Positions 49,458 to 59,410 of a stretch of DNA of 64,000 bases are shown here, piece by piece. Under the pieces are notes generated by a model. The model was not told the DNA's origin. It searched no databases and was given only the letters and a program-made list of their open reading frames with translations. This DNA is from Elusimicrobiota bacterium. Lineage in GTDB: Bacteria > Elusimicrobiota > Elusimicrobia > UBA1565. Each line of letters opens with the position of its first letter. Position 1 is the first letter of the stretch. Made by a program: the position numbers and the translations under genes. The stretch lies in the NCBI GenBank assembly GCA_016196755.1, contig JACPXC010000010.1:7802-71801 (forward strand), written 5' to 3'.

Positions 49458-50963
49458 TTATCCGAGGGCTCGTTTAAGTAACCGACTAAGTGCTTCCGAC
49501 AGGCCTGATTCCAGTAGTTCCTCTAACTCGCCCGCCCTATGGTCTAATGCATCCGTGGACTCGGTATACACGAAGCGAAACGCGTCAGTCGTTGTGCGAA
49601 TTCTTTCTCGAATGGATTCGCGCGAAGGCCCTTCGACTGCAATGTCTTCCATTTCGCCAAACGTTGTTACAGCCATTACCCCAGCATCTTTGCCGGCTCC
49701 ATGGATTGAGACAACGAATCGAAGCTGTATCCCATCAAGCCGAAGACGCAGTTGAGTCCAGGCAGTAAAAAATGAGAAATCCGCGAAATGTCCAGCTTCA
49801 TGCGCCGAGTCAATAATCTGCACTCGGAACCAGGAACTCATCGGGTCGGGCGGTTTTTTGCTGTCGACAAGGAAATTAGGCTTATGACCTCGCTCGGCAA
49901 GAATTCTTTTCAACTCACCTGCGCGGCGCTTGCACCATGCGTCAATCCTTCCATGAATCCCAATCGCCCGCGCTTCAAGTGCTTTCTGTCTCTTAGTGAG
50001 CTTTCTGTTCTTTAGCTCGGCCAATTGGTCGGCTAACGTATGAGCGATATCGAGGGAAAGAGCCTTGGACTCGACCTGAGGAGGACTCTCTAACTCACCC
50101 GTCAATCCGGCACTTTCAAGACGGATGAAGAGCTTTATCAACTTGTTTAAGTCACCATCATTGGCCGCATCAAGAGCCTTGATGTAATCCTCTCTATGAA
50201 ATCGGTCGACAACGAGAGGCGCAAACTTATGCCGTTCAAGGACGAGCATGGTCAAAGCGCGGGCTACTCTGCCGTTCCCATCTGCAAAAGGGTGGATTCG
50301 AACGAAAGAGTGGTGCATCCAGGCGGCTTTGATGATTGGATGAATATTGTTGTTGGAGTCGAGAATCTCAAAACAATCCACCAAGTGATCCATCTCAGAG
50401 GCGACATGTTCAGGTGGCGTGTACTCAAGAAGTATGTCATCGCTTCTCAAAACATGGTTGGCCTGGGTTTTCCATGCGCCATGGTCTAGGGCAACATCTA
50501 TGGGGATTCCGCGAGCATCGTGCGCCATGTACGTCGCCTGGGTTCGAGTCAGGGAAACGTGCAATTCTTTAATGAATGACGTTGAAAGTTGCCTCGAGTT
50601 GCGAACAAAGTCCAAAACCATTTCCAAGCTGTCACGCTGAGCTTTAAGCGTTTCAACTGTTCGCTCATCGATTTGTCCGCCGGTTCGCTCGATAACATCT
50701 TTTGAAAATCCCTCCGCCACAAGCGTAAGGGTTAGGCCCCACTCGATATTGTAAAGGCGTTCGATAATCCCAGTTTCAATTGCAAGACGACGCAGCGTTC
50801 GTTGACGAATTCTTACAATTTCTGGCTCGGGCAGGCCGGAGAGATAGGTTGCCCATGCTTGCCGCAATGCATCTAGTGCCGCGATGGAACCGTTTGTTTC
50901 AACCTTGCCTGGATCCAACGCTTGAATGCGTTGCCAAGGGATTGTCTTGCTAGGAGTATTCAT
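49458..50963 (-). CDS. Fic-domain protein with C-terminal extension (low-GC insertion)
   Basis: Canonical HPFADGNGRVAR motif; markedly more A/T-rich than neighbouring genes. Confidence 0.9.
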   Translation of the reverse strand: MNTPSKTIPWQRIQALDPGKVETNGSIAALDALRQAWATYLSGLPEPEIVRIRQRTLRRLAIETGIIERLYNIEWGLTLTLVAEGFSKDVIERTGGQIDERTVETLKAQRDSLEMVLDFVRNSRQLSTSFIKELHVSLTRTQATYMAHDARGIPIDVALDHGAWKTQANHVLRSDDILLEYTPPEHVASEMDHLVDCFEILDSNNNIHPIIKAAWMHHSFVRIHPFADGNGRVARALTMLVLERHKFAPLVVDRFHREDYIKALDAANDGDLNKLIKLFIRLESAGLTGELESPPQVESKALSLDIAHTLADQLAELKNRKLTKRQKALEARAIGIHGRIDAWCKRRAGELKRILAERGHKPNFLVDSKKPPDPMSSWFRVQIIDSAHEAGHFADFSFFTAWTQLRLRLDGIQLRFVVSIHGAGKDAGVMAVTTFGEMEDIAVEGPSRESIRERIRTTTDAFRFVYTESTDALDHRAGELEELLESGLSEALSRLLKRALG

Positions 50964-51081
50964 CGTTGATTGAGCTCGCGATTTTACAAATTATGGCTGC
51001 TTCCCGCCCCCCAGTTCCTATCCAAAAGGTCTAACTGGGTCAATCGGCATGAACCGGAATATAATCCGCTCATGAACTAAT

Positions 51082-52137
51082 TCAGAGGATGAGCATCGCA
51101 TCCCCATAAGAAAAGAGACGATATCGTTTTGCGACGGCTTCCCAATAGGCGTCAAACAGCCGCTCCTTGCCCGCGAAGGCGCACGCCAATAGAAGCGGCG
51201 TCGAGGCCGGCTGGTGAAAGTTGGTCTGCAGGACGTCGACCGCCTTAAACATGTGGCCCGGCAGGATATAGAGGGAGGTCTCCCCTGATAACGGAGCGGC
51301 CGGTCCGACCCCGACCCCTTTGGCGAAAACAGTCTCAAGCGTCCGCGTGGCCGTCGTCCCGACCGCCACGACCCGGCCGCCGCGCGCCTTGGCGGCCTTG
51401 ATAGTCTCCGCGGCCGCGGCGGGCACCTCGTAGCGCTCCGGGAGCATCTCATGGAGGCGGGCGTCCTCGGCGACGATGGGCCGGAATGTGCCGAGCCCCA
51501 CGTGGAGCACGAGTTCGGCGGTAGCCACGCCGCGCGCCGCCAAGGCGGCCAGGACCTCCGCGCTATAGTGGAGGCCGGCCGTAGGCGCGGCCAGGGAGCC
51601 CGGCTCGCGGGCATAGACGGTCTGGTAGCGGGCCTTGTCCTCGGCGCCCGATGCCGGAGCGCCCGAGCGCCGCCGCCGCGAGCGGATGTAGGGCGGCAGG
51701 GGGGGCAGCCCGACGGCCTCCAGCAGGGCCCGGACCTCGGGCGTCGAGAAGCGGACGAGCCAGGTTCCTTCCGGAGTCCGGGACTCGACGTCGGCCGTCA
51801 CGCCGAGGCCGAACTCGAGCCGGACGCCGGGCTTGAGGCCGTTGCACAGGGCGGTCCATAGCCCCGGGGCGGACTCGGCGATGACCAGCAGCTCGGCCGC
51901 GCCGCCGGTGGTCTTGCGCCCGACGAGGCGCGCGGGCACGACCTTCGAGCGGTTGAGGACGACGCAGTCGCCGGGCGAGAGCAGGGAGGGCAACTCGCGG
52001 AAAGTCCGGTGCTCGAGGCCTCCGGCGCGCCGGACCACGAGCAGACGCGAGGCGTCCCGGTCCGCGGCGGGGGCGGCGGCGACCAGCTCCTCGGGGAACT
52101 CGAACTCGTACTCCGAGCGGGGCAGGGGCTCCGTCAC
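51082..52137 (-). CDS. queA: S-adenosylmethionine:tRNA ribosyltransferase-isomerase
   Basis: PLPPYI, YQTVYA, AAPTAGLH, LHVGLGTF, TNFHQP, YRLFSYGDAM; GTGA overlap. Confidence 0.96.
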   Translation of the reverse strand: MTEPLPRSEYEFEFPEELVAAAPAADRDASRLLVVRRAGGLEHRTFRELPSLLSPGDCVVLNRSKVVPARLVGRKTTGGAAELLVIAESAPGLWTALCNGLKPGVRLEFGLGVTADVESRTPEGTWLVRFSTPEVRALLEAVGLPPLPPYIRSRRRRSGAPASGAEDKARYQTVYAREPGSLAAPTAGLHYSAEVLAALAARGVATAELVLHVGLGTFRPIVAEDARLHEMLPERYEVPAAAAETIKAAKARGGRVVAVGTTATRTLETVFAKGVGVGPAAPLSGETSLYILPGHMFKAVDVLQTNFHQPASTPLLLACAFAGKERLFDAYWEAVAKRYRLFSYGDAMLIL

Positions 52138-53296
52138 TCGCCGGCCTGCTCGAGGTCGGCGCCCGGGAAGTAGAGGGCGAGGATCTGCTCGTAATCGCGG
52201 CCGGCCTCGGCCTGGCCGCGCGCGCCCCACTGGCAGAGGCCGACGCCGTGGCCGTAGCCGCGCCCCTCGAAGTCGAAGCCTTTGCGCCGCTCGCGGATCG
52301 CCTCGAAGCGGACGCTCTTTAAGTCCTTGGTCCCCAGCCAGCGCCGGAACTGGTTCGCGCTGACGCGCGACCAGCCGGCCTCGGTCTTGAGGCGCAGCTC
52401 CTTGAGCCAGCCGGCCCTGCCGCGCCGGCCCTCCCGGACGTCCAGGAGCTGGGCCACGGTCAGCCCGTTGCGGTTGAGCGCGGCGACGATGTCCGTGCGG
52501 GGGAAGTAGGCCTCCCAGCGGTAGTGCGGCGAGGCCTTGCACCAGCGGTCCTTGACCCCGGCCAGGGGCGCGTCGGAGTCGCCGCCCCAGACCTCGGCCG
52601 GGTCGCTGGTATGCCCGCCGCAAGTCGAGTGAAAGTAGACTCTGAGCGGCTTGCCGCGCCAAGACAGGGTCTCGCCGGCGGTGGCGCGCACGGCCTGGCG
52701 GACCCGCTCGGACTCGGTGGTCAGGCCGGTGTAGACCTGGCTCAGCGTGTCGTCGGTCAGGTCGAAGCCGGCGGCCTCGTGCTTGCCGAGGCTGTTGAGC
52801 GCGAAGGTGCGCGAGACCACGGCCTGGGCCTTGAGCGCCTCGAGCGGCCAGTCCGGGCTCATCTCGTGGGGCAGGACGCCGAACAGGTACTCCTCGAGGC
52901 CTAGCTCATCGACCACGGTGAGCGTGCCGTCGGGATTGGGGCGGAAGACCAGGTTGCCGCGGTACTTGCGGGCCCCGATCGACACGAAGTCGTCGGGACC
53001 GCCCGGCAGGAGGCGGGCCGGCCCCTTCATGAGGTGCGGCCCGAAGACCAGCCCGGGCTTCGCCGCCACGCTCTCGGCCTCGACCGGGTAGTCGCGCCCC
53101 GAGACCAGGCTGACCAGCTCGCCGGTGGCCTGGTCGATGGCCTTGAAGGCGCCCGAGGGGCGGAAGGTCGCCGACGGCGCCGAGGCGAGTATGCCCACCG
53201 CGATGATGCGGTCGGCCCGGCGCGCCGCGGAGGATTCGGCGCCGGCCGGAGCTCCCGGCCCCGTTAGGGCCAGGAGCAGCGCCGGGACCAGCGCCC

Positions 53297-53300
<4 letters not shown>
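52134..53300 (-). CDS. SpoIID/LytB domain lytic transglycosylase
   Basis: [49 protein letters not shown]. Confidence 0.92.
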
Positions 53301-54318
<1,018 letters not shown>

Positions 54319-54322
<4 letters not shown>

Positions 54323-54930
54323 AGTCTCCTCAGGGACAGACGGACCAGTTCTTCGACGGCGGCCTCGCGCCCTTCGAGGTCGCGGGCCACCGAATCCAAA
54401 GCCAGGCGCGACTCAGCGGGTTTGTAGCCAAGGGCTGCCAGCGCCTCGAGGGCGCGGGCCTGCGGGCCGGAGGCGGGGGTCGGGGAATCGTAGCGGGGCG
54501 CCGGACCGGCGGAGGGCAGGCCGACCTTGTCCTTGAGTGCGGCGACCATCTTCTCGGCGGTCTTGCGCGAGAAGCCGAACACCTTGACTAGGCCGGGGAC
54601 GTCGTTGGCCGCCAGCGCGCGCAGGAACTCGGGCTGGGAGCGGGAGGCCTTGTCGAGCGCCTCGAGGGCCTTCTTGGCGCCCGTGCCGGGGATCTCCCGA
54701 AGGAGCAGGAAGAGCGCCTTCTCGTCGCTCGAGAGAAAGCCGTAGAGGGTCGTGCCGCCGCCGTAGAGCGCGGTCGACTCGCAGACGTGCAGGAAGGCGG
54801 GGCTGCCGGGGGCGGGCAAGCGCGAGGCGGTGTGGGGCGTGACCGAGACCTCGTAGCCCACGCCGCCGGCCTCCACGATGACGCGCGCGCCGTCGCGCTC
54901 GACGACGGGGCCGCGCAGGGTGGCGATCAC
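54319..54930 (-). CDS. ruvA: Holliday junction branch migration protein RuvA
   Basis: MIATLRG, GVGYEV, LYGF, HhH motifs, ALAALGY. Confidence 0.93.
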
Positions 54931-55442
54931 TTTCGGCCCCCGACCCGGTCGAGGACCCGCAGGCCCCGGATCCGGCCGGCGCGCATATGGCAGAGGGCGA
55001 TGGCGGCCGCGTCGGCCGTGTCGTCGGGGCGCATAGGCTCGGCCAGCTTGAGCGCCACCTGGGTCATGCGCTGCATCTGGGCCTTCGCCGCGCTCCCGGA
55101 GCCCGTGATCGCCATCTTCACCTGGCGGGGATTGTACTCGCGGACCTCGAGGCCGGCCTGGGCCGCGGCCAAGAGGACTACGCCGCGGGCCTGCAGGGTG
55201 GCGCGCACGGTGTGGGCGATCTGGACGAAGAACATCTCCTCGACGGCCACCGAGGCCGGAGCGTGGTCCTTTAGGATGGCGCTCAAGGCCTGGTGGATGA
55301 TGCGCAGACGTTCCGCCAGAGGCGTGCGGGGCGAGGTCTTGAGGCAGCCCGAGTCGACGAGGCGCGGTCCGCCGTCGCCGGGCTCCAGCACCGCCCAGCC
55401 GGTCTCGGAGACGCCCGGGTCGATCCCTAGGACGCGGCTCAC
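54927..55442 (-). CDS. ruvC: Crossover junction endodeoxyribonuclease RuvC
   Basis: LGIDPG, AVEEMFF, QARGV, EYNP, DDTADAAAIA. Confidence 0.96.
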   Translation of the reverse strand: MSRVLGIDPGVSETGWAVLEPGDGGPRLVDSGCLKTSPRTPLAERLRIIHQALSAILKDHAPASVAVEEMFFVQIAHTVRATLQARGVVLLAAAQAGLEVREYNPRQVKMAITGSGSAAKAQMQRMTQVALKLAEPMRPDDTADAAAIALCHMRAGRIRGLRVLDRVGGRK

Positions 55443-56191
55443 TATTTCTCGAGGGCCGCTAGGACTTCGTCCGGGATGTCGAAATTCGCGTAGACGTTGG
55501 CCACGTCATCGTGCTCCTCGAGCGCCTCGATGACCTTGAGGTTCTTCTCGGCGCCGGCGCGGTCGACCGTGACGGAAGTCTTGGGCAGCATGGCCACCTC
55601 GGCGGACTCCGGGGTGAGCCCCTTGGCCTTGAGGCCGTCGCGCACAGCCTCGAAAGAGTGCTGCGTGGTGAGGACCTCGTAGCCGGACTCGTCGGTCTTC
55701 ACGTCCTCGGCGCCCAGTTCCAGGGCCAACTCCAAGAACGCGTCCTCGGCCATCGCGGCGCGCGGCACGGCGATGACCCCGCGCTTCTCGAAGAGGAAGG
55801 CCACGCAGCCGGGCGTGCCCATGTTGCCGCCGTGGTTCTCGAAGATCCGCCGGATCTCGTTGGTCGTCCGGTTGCGGTTGTCGGTCGTGCCCTCGCAGTA
55901 GATGGCGATGCCGCCGGGGCCGTAGCCCTCCATCGTCAGCTCTTCATACACCACGCCTGGGATCTCGCCGGTGCCCTTCTGCACCGCGCGCTTCACGTTC
56001 TCAGCCGGCATGTTCACCGCGCGCGCGTCCTCGATGGCCTTGCGCAGGCGGGCGTTGGACTCCACCTTGCCGCCGCCGATCTTGGCGGCGATGGTGATCT
56101 CACGGGAGCACTTCGTCCAGACCTTGCCTTTCTTAGAGTCCTGTGCCGCCTTGCGATGCTTTATGTTGGCCCACTTGGAATGTCCACCCAT
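55442..56191 (-). CDS. yebC: YebC/PmpR family protein
   Basis: MGGHSKWANIKHRK, EGYGPGG, TDNRNRT, DDVANVYAN; GGAG RBS before ATG 56191. Confidence 0.95.
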   Translation of the reverse strand: MGGHSKWANIKHRKAAQDSKKGKVWTKCSREITIAAKIGGGKVESNARLRKAIEDARAVNMPAENVKRAVQKGTGEIPGVVYEELTMEGYGPGGIAIYCEGTTDNRNRTTNEIRRIFENHGGNMGTPGCVAFLFEKRGVIAVPRAAMAEDAFLELALELGAEDVKTDESGYEVLTTQHSFEAVRDGLKAKGLTPESAEVAMLPKTSVTVDRAGAEKNLKVIEALEEHDDVANVYANFDIPDEVLAALEK

Positions 56192-56241
56192 GGTCGCTCC
56201 TTGGTTGCACCGTCGAGACGCAAATGATAACAAATCCGTCC

Positions 56242-57210
56242 ATGACGGAAACATTCAAGCGTTCCCTCCAAGCGGCCCGTGAGGGAGCGGCCTACGCGCC
56301 CGCCGGCTCACCGGGATTGGTCTCGGTCCGCGGCGCCGGCCGCGCCGGCTTTCTGCACGGCCAGCTCTCGGCCGACGTGAAGTCCCTGGAGCAGGGCCGC
56401 GGCGTCCCGGCCTGCCTCTTGAACGTCCAAGGGAAGATCGTCAGCCCGCTGGGCCTCTTCGCGCTGGCCTCCGAGCATCTCATGACCGGCCCGCGCGAGT
56501 CGCTGCCCGCTGCCGCGGCCGCTTTGGCCAGGATGGCTCCGCTGGCCGACTGCGAGGTTGAGGATATGACGGGTCAACGTGCCGCTTGGCTCCTCATCGG
56601 CCCGCGCCGCGCGCTCGTGCTCGAGGCGCTGGCCGGCCGGCCCTGCGACCCCGGCGTCGACGGGGCGCGCACCATCCCGACCTCGGCCGGCGCGGCCCTG
56701 GTCCTGGCCGACTTCTTAGCCGGCCCCGAGGCCCATCTCGTGTTCGCGCCGCGCGGAGGCGAAGACCGTTTCGCCGGCATCCTGGCCGGCGCGGCCGAGA
56801 CCGCCGGCGCCCTGGAACTGCCGCCCGCCGCGCTCGAGGTCCTGCGCGTGGAGGCCGGCGCGGCGGCCTGGGGCCGCGAGGCCGGACCGGACTGCTTTCC
56901 TCAAGAGATAGGCCTGGAGCGCGCGGTCCAATCCAATAAAGGCTGCTACCTCGGCCAGGAGGTCATGGCCCGCCTTCGCGACCGCGGCCATGTGAACCGC
57001 GTGCTGGTCAGCCTCCTGTTGGATGCTCCCGCGGCTCCTGGCGACGCGCTCGAGGACGAGGATGGGCTGACCTTGGGCAGGCTGACCAGCGTGGCTCCTT
57101 CCGCCGCCGGCACTTTGGCGCTCGGGTTCATCAAGCCCGAGCGGGCCGCCGCGGGACAGCGCCTGGCCGTCCGCGCCGGGGCCGCGCGCGTGCCCGCGGT
57201 GGTCCGGTGA
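56242..57210 (+). CDS. ygfZ: Folate-binding protein YgfZ (GcvT family)
   Basis: FLHGQLSADV, LRVEAG, signature KGCYLGQE. Confidence 0.9.
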   Translation: MTETFKRSLQAAREGAAYAPAGSPGLVSVRGAGRAGFLHGQLSADVKSLEQGRGVPACLLNVQGKIVSPLGLFALASEHLMTGPRESLPAAAAALARMAPLADCEVEDMTGQRAAWLLIGPRRALVLEALAGRPCDPGVDGARTIPTSAGAALVLADFLAGPEAHLVFAPRGGEDRFAGILAGAAETAGALELPPAALEVLRVEAGAAAWGREAGPDCFPQEIGLERAVQSNKGCYLGQEVMARLRDRGHVNRVLVSLLLDAPAAPGDALEDEDGLTLGRLTSVAPSAAGTLALGFIKPERAAAGQRLAVRAGAARVPAVVR

Positions 57211-57992
57211 ACCGTCGCGTCCTCGTCACCGGCGCCACCTCGGGGCTGGGCAAGGAACTCGCCGTCCAGCTGGCGCGGCGCGGCTGGAAGGTGGCGCTGA
57301 CGGGCCGCCGGCAGGCCCAGCTCGACGAAGCCGCCGCCGCCGTCAAGGCGGCGGGGGGGACCGCGCTGGCCCTGCTGGGAACGACCTCCGACGCCGCCGT
57401 CGTGAAGGACCACTACGCGCGCATCCGCAAGGAATGGGGCGGCCTCGACTGGGCCATACTCAACGCCGGCGTCGGGGGCCGCATGGACGCCAAGGCCTTC
57501 GAAGCCAAGAGCGTGGTCGACACCTTCGAGATCAACGTCTTCGGCGTGGCGTACTGGATGGAGGCCGTCCTCCCCGACATGGTGGCCGCCGGCTCCGGCA
57601 CTGTCGCCGCGGTGTCGAGCCTGGCCGGATACCGCGGATTTCCCGCCACCGGCCCCTACTCGGCCAGCAAGGCCGCCGTCAGTACCTTGCTCGAGTCGGC
57701 CCGCGTGGACCTGCTCGGCACCGGCGTGCGCGTCGTCACGCTCTGCCCGGGCTTCGTCAAGAGCGAGCTCACCGACCGCAACGACGCCAAGCAGATGCCG
57801 TTCCTGCTCGAGACGGAGGACGGCGTCCGCCGCATCATCGAGGGGGTCGAAGCGGGGCGGCGGGTCGTCCATTTTCCCTGGCAGCTCTCGCTCTTCGTGA
57901 TCTACGTCCTGCACAACCTCCCGGGCTGGTTCTACGACCGCATCTCCGCGCGCCTGCGCCGCAGCAAGCGGCCGCCCGCGCAACAGCCATGA
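57207..57992 (+). CDS. Short-chain dehydrogenase/reductase
   Basis: TGATSGLG, NAG, YSASK, PGFVKS. Confidence 0.92.
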   Translation: MNRRVLVTGATSGLGKELAVQLARRGWKVALTGRRQAQLDEAAAAVKAAGGTALALLGTTSDAAVVKDHYARIRKEWGGLDWAILNAGVGGRMDAKAFEAKSVVDTFEINVFGVAYWMEAVLPDMVAAGSGTVAAVSSLAGYRGFPATGPYSASKAAVSTLLESARVDLLGTGVRVVTLCPGFVKSELTDRNDAKQMPFLLETEDGVRRIIEGVEAGRRVVHFPWQLSLFVIYVLHNLPGWFYDRISARLRRSKRPPAQQP

Positions 57993-57994
57993 TA

Positions 57995-58023
57995 TTGACC
58001 CCCGGGAGCCGCGCTCCTACAAT
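57995..58023 (+). promoter_or_regulatory. Sigma70-type promoter of the tRNA gene
   Basis: TTGACC (57995-58000), 17-nt spacer, TACAAT (58018-58023). Confidence 0.75.
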
Positions 58024-58041
58024 GAACCCGCCAGTCGCAAC

Positions 58042-58113
58042 GCGCCTGTAGCTCAACGGATAGAGCAGCGGTCTTCGGAACCGCTGATGGGGGTTCGATT
58101 CCCTCCAGGCGCA
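58042..58113 (+). tRNA. tRNA-Arg (anticodon TCG)
   Basis: Acceptor stem GCGCCTG/CAGGCGC, D arm GCTC..GAGC, anticodon arm GCGGT-CTTCGGA-ACCGC, T loop GTTCGATTC. Followed by CCC, so CCA is not encoded. Confidence 0.93.
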
Positions 58114-58118
58114 CCCTA

Positions 58119-58210
58119 TATCTGGTGTCTATCTGGTGTCAGTGTTTCGGATGTTTCGGAAGTTCAGCTTACTTGCTGAACTTCCGAAACATCCGAAACA
58201 CTGACACCAG
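58119..58210. repeat. Perfect 36-bp-stem palindrome (REP/REPIN-like) with tandem duplication of its left end
   Basis: 58133-58168 is the exact reverse complement of 58175-58210, with loop TTACTT. TATCTGGTGTC occurs twice at 58119-58140. Confidence 0.88.
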
Positions 58211-58219
58211 GGAGCTCCG

Positions 58220-59410
58220 ATGAGATTAACAATCCCGCAATCAATTTTCCTCGCGGCCGGCCTATTCTTCCTATTGTGCCCGGCGCCAGATACCGCCTCG
58301 GCTGCGAGCCGTTCCGCGAAGGAAGTGGAACAGGCTCGCGCCGCGCTTGGGGCCAAAGCGTTGGGACTCCTGCACAGAGCCATGGTACACGAGGATTCCG
58401 AGGCGAGGGTCATGGCCGCTGAGCAGTGGGGGCCGGTCGGCAACCCAGCGGCCAGATCGCTGCTCCGGCGCGCGCTCAAGGACGCCAGCCCCTACGTGCG
58501 CATCGCCGCCGCCGGCAGCCTGCTCGAGTTGGGCGACTCCTCGGGCGTCAAGGTCGTGGAGGCCGCCGCGCTCGAAGGCCCCCGCGGGGCCAAGACGGAC
58601 GGGCCCCTGGCCGCGATGGAGGAGCTGCGCGCCATCGCCCGCAACAAGATCCGGGCCACCGCCATCCGGGCCCTGGCCCACATGGCCGTCCCCGAGGCCT
58701 TGCCCACCCTGCGCAAGGCTTACGGCGAAGGCGACGCCGCCGTGCGCGACGCCGCCGCCGCCGGCCTGGCCCGGCTCGGCGACTCCACCGCCCTCGACCG
58801 GCTCTCGAAAGCCCTGGCCGACGAGGACCCCGGCGTGAGAACCAAGGCCGTGCAGGCCCTCACCGACGCCGCCACCCCGGCCGTCGTCGCTCTCGTTAAG
58901 CCCCTGGCCGAGGACCCGGTCTACCAGGTCCGCGCCGCGGTCATGGAGGCGCTCGGGGAGTCCGGCAGCCCGCTGGTCCTGCCCGAGCTCCTGGGCGGCC
59001 TGCGCGACCAAAACGAGATGGTGCGCTCGAAGGCCGTGGCGGCCCTTGGCCGTCTCGGGACCCCGGCGGCCGGCCAGTACCTCGAGGAGGCCAAGAAAGG
59101 GGCAGCCAACGTGTATATGGAGCTCCTCGCGGTGGCCGGCTTGGCCCGGCTCGGCGAACCGGTCGACCTGGCGCCGGCGCGGCGCGCCCTCTATCAGCCC
59201 GACGTGGACACGCGTCTTCTTGCCGTCGAGGTCCTCGAAGCCGCCGCGGGCCGCGCGCGGGCCAAGTCCTCCGAGGCCGACGAGACCGCCGCCCTCGAGG
59301 ATCTGGAGACAGCCCTCGACGACGCCGAGATGAAGGTCCGGGTGCGCGCCGCCGCGGCCTTGGTCCGCCTCCTTCAGAAGGCCCCCGCCAAGCCCGGAGC
59401 GCCGCGGTGA
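58220..59410 (+). CDS. Exported HEAT-repeat protein
   Basis: Signal peptide; repeated L.D....VR..A...L HEAT/PBS-lyase motifs; GGAG RBS. Confidence 0.85.
   Translation: MRLTIPQSIFLAAGLFFLLCPAPDTASAASRSAKEVEQARAALGAKALGLLHRAMVHEDSEARVMAAEQWGPVGNPAARSLLRRALKDASPYVRIAAAGSLLELGDSSGVKVVEAAALEGPRGAKTDGPLAAMEELRAIARNKIRATAIRALAHMAVPEALPTLRKAYGEGDAAVRDAAAAGLARLGDSTALDRLSKALADEDPGVRTKAVQALTDAATPAVVALVKPLAEDPVYQVRAAVMEALGESGSPLVLPELLGGLRDQNEMVRSKAVAALGRLGTPAAGQYLEEAKKGAANVYMELLAVAGLARLGEPVDLAPARRALYQPDVDTRLLAVEVLEAAAGRARAKSSEADETAALEDLETALDDAEMKVRVRAAAALVRLLQKAPAKPGAPR

Noticed and set aside
58119..58210. Possible CRISPR repeat or rho-independent terminator
   Set aside because: There is no repeat-spacer periodicity and no cas genes. 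The stem is far longer than a terminator and lacks a U-tract.
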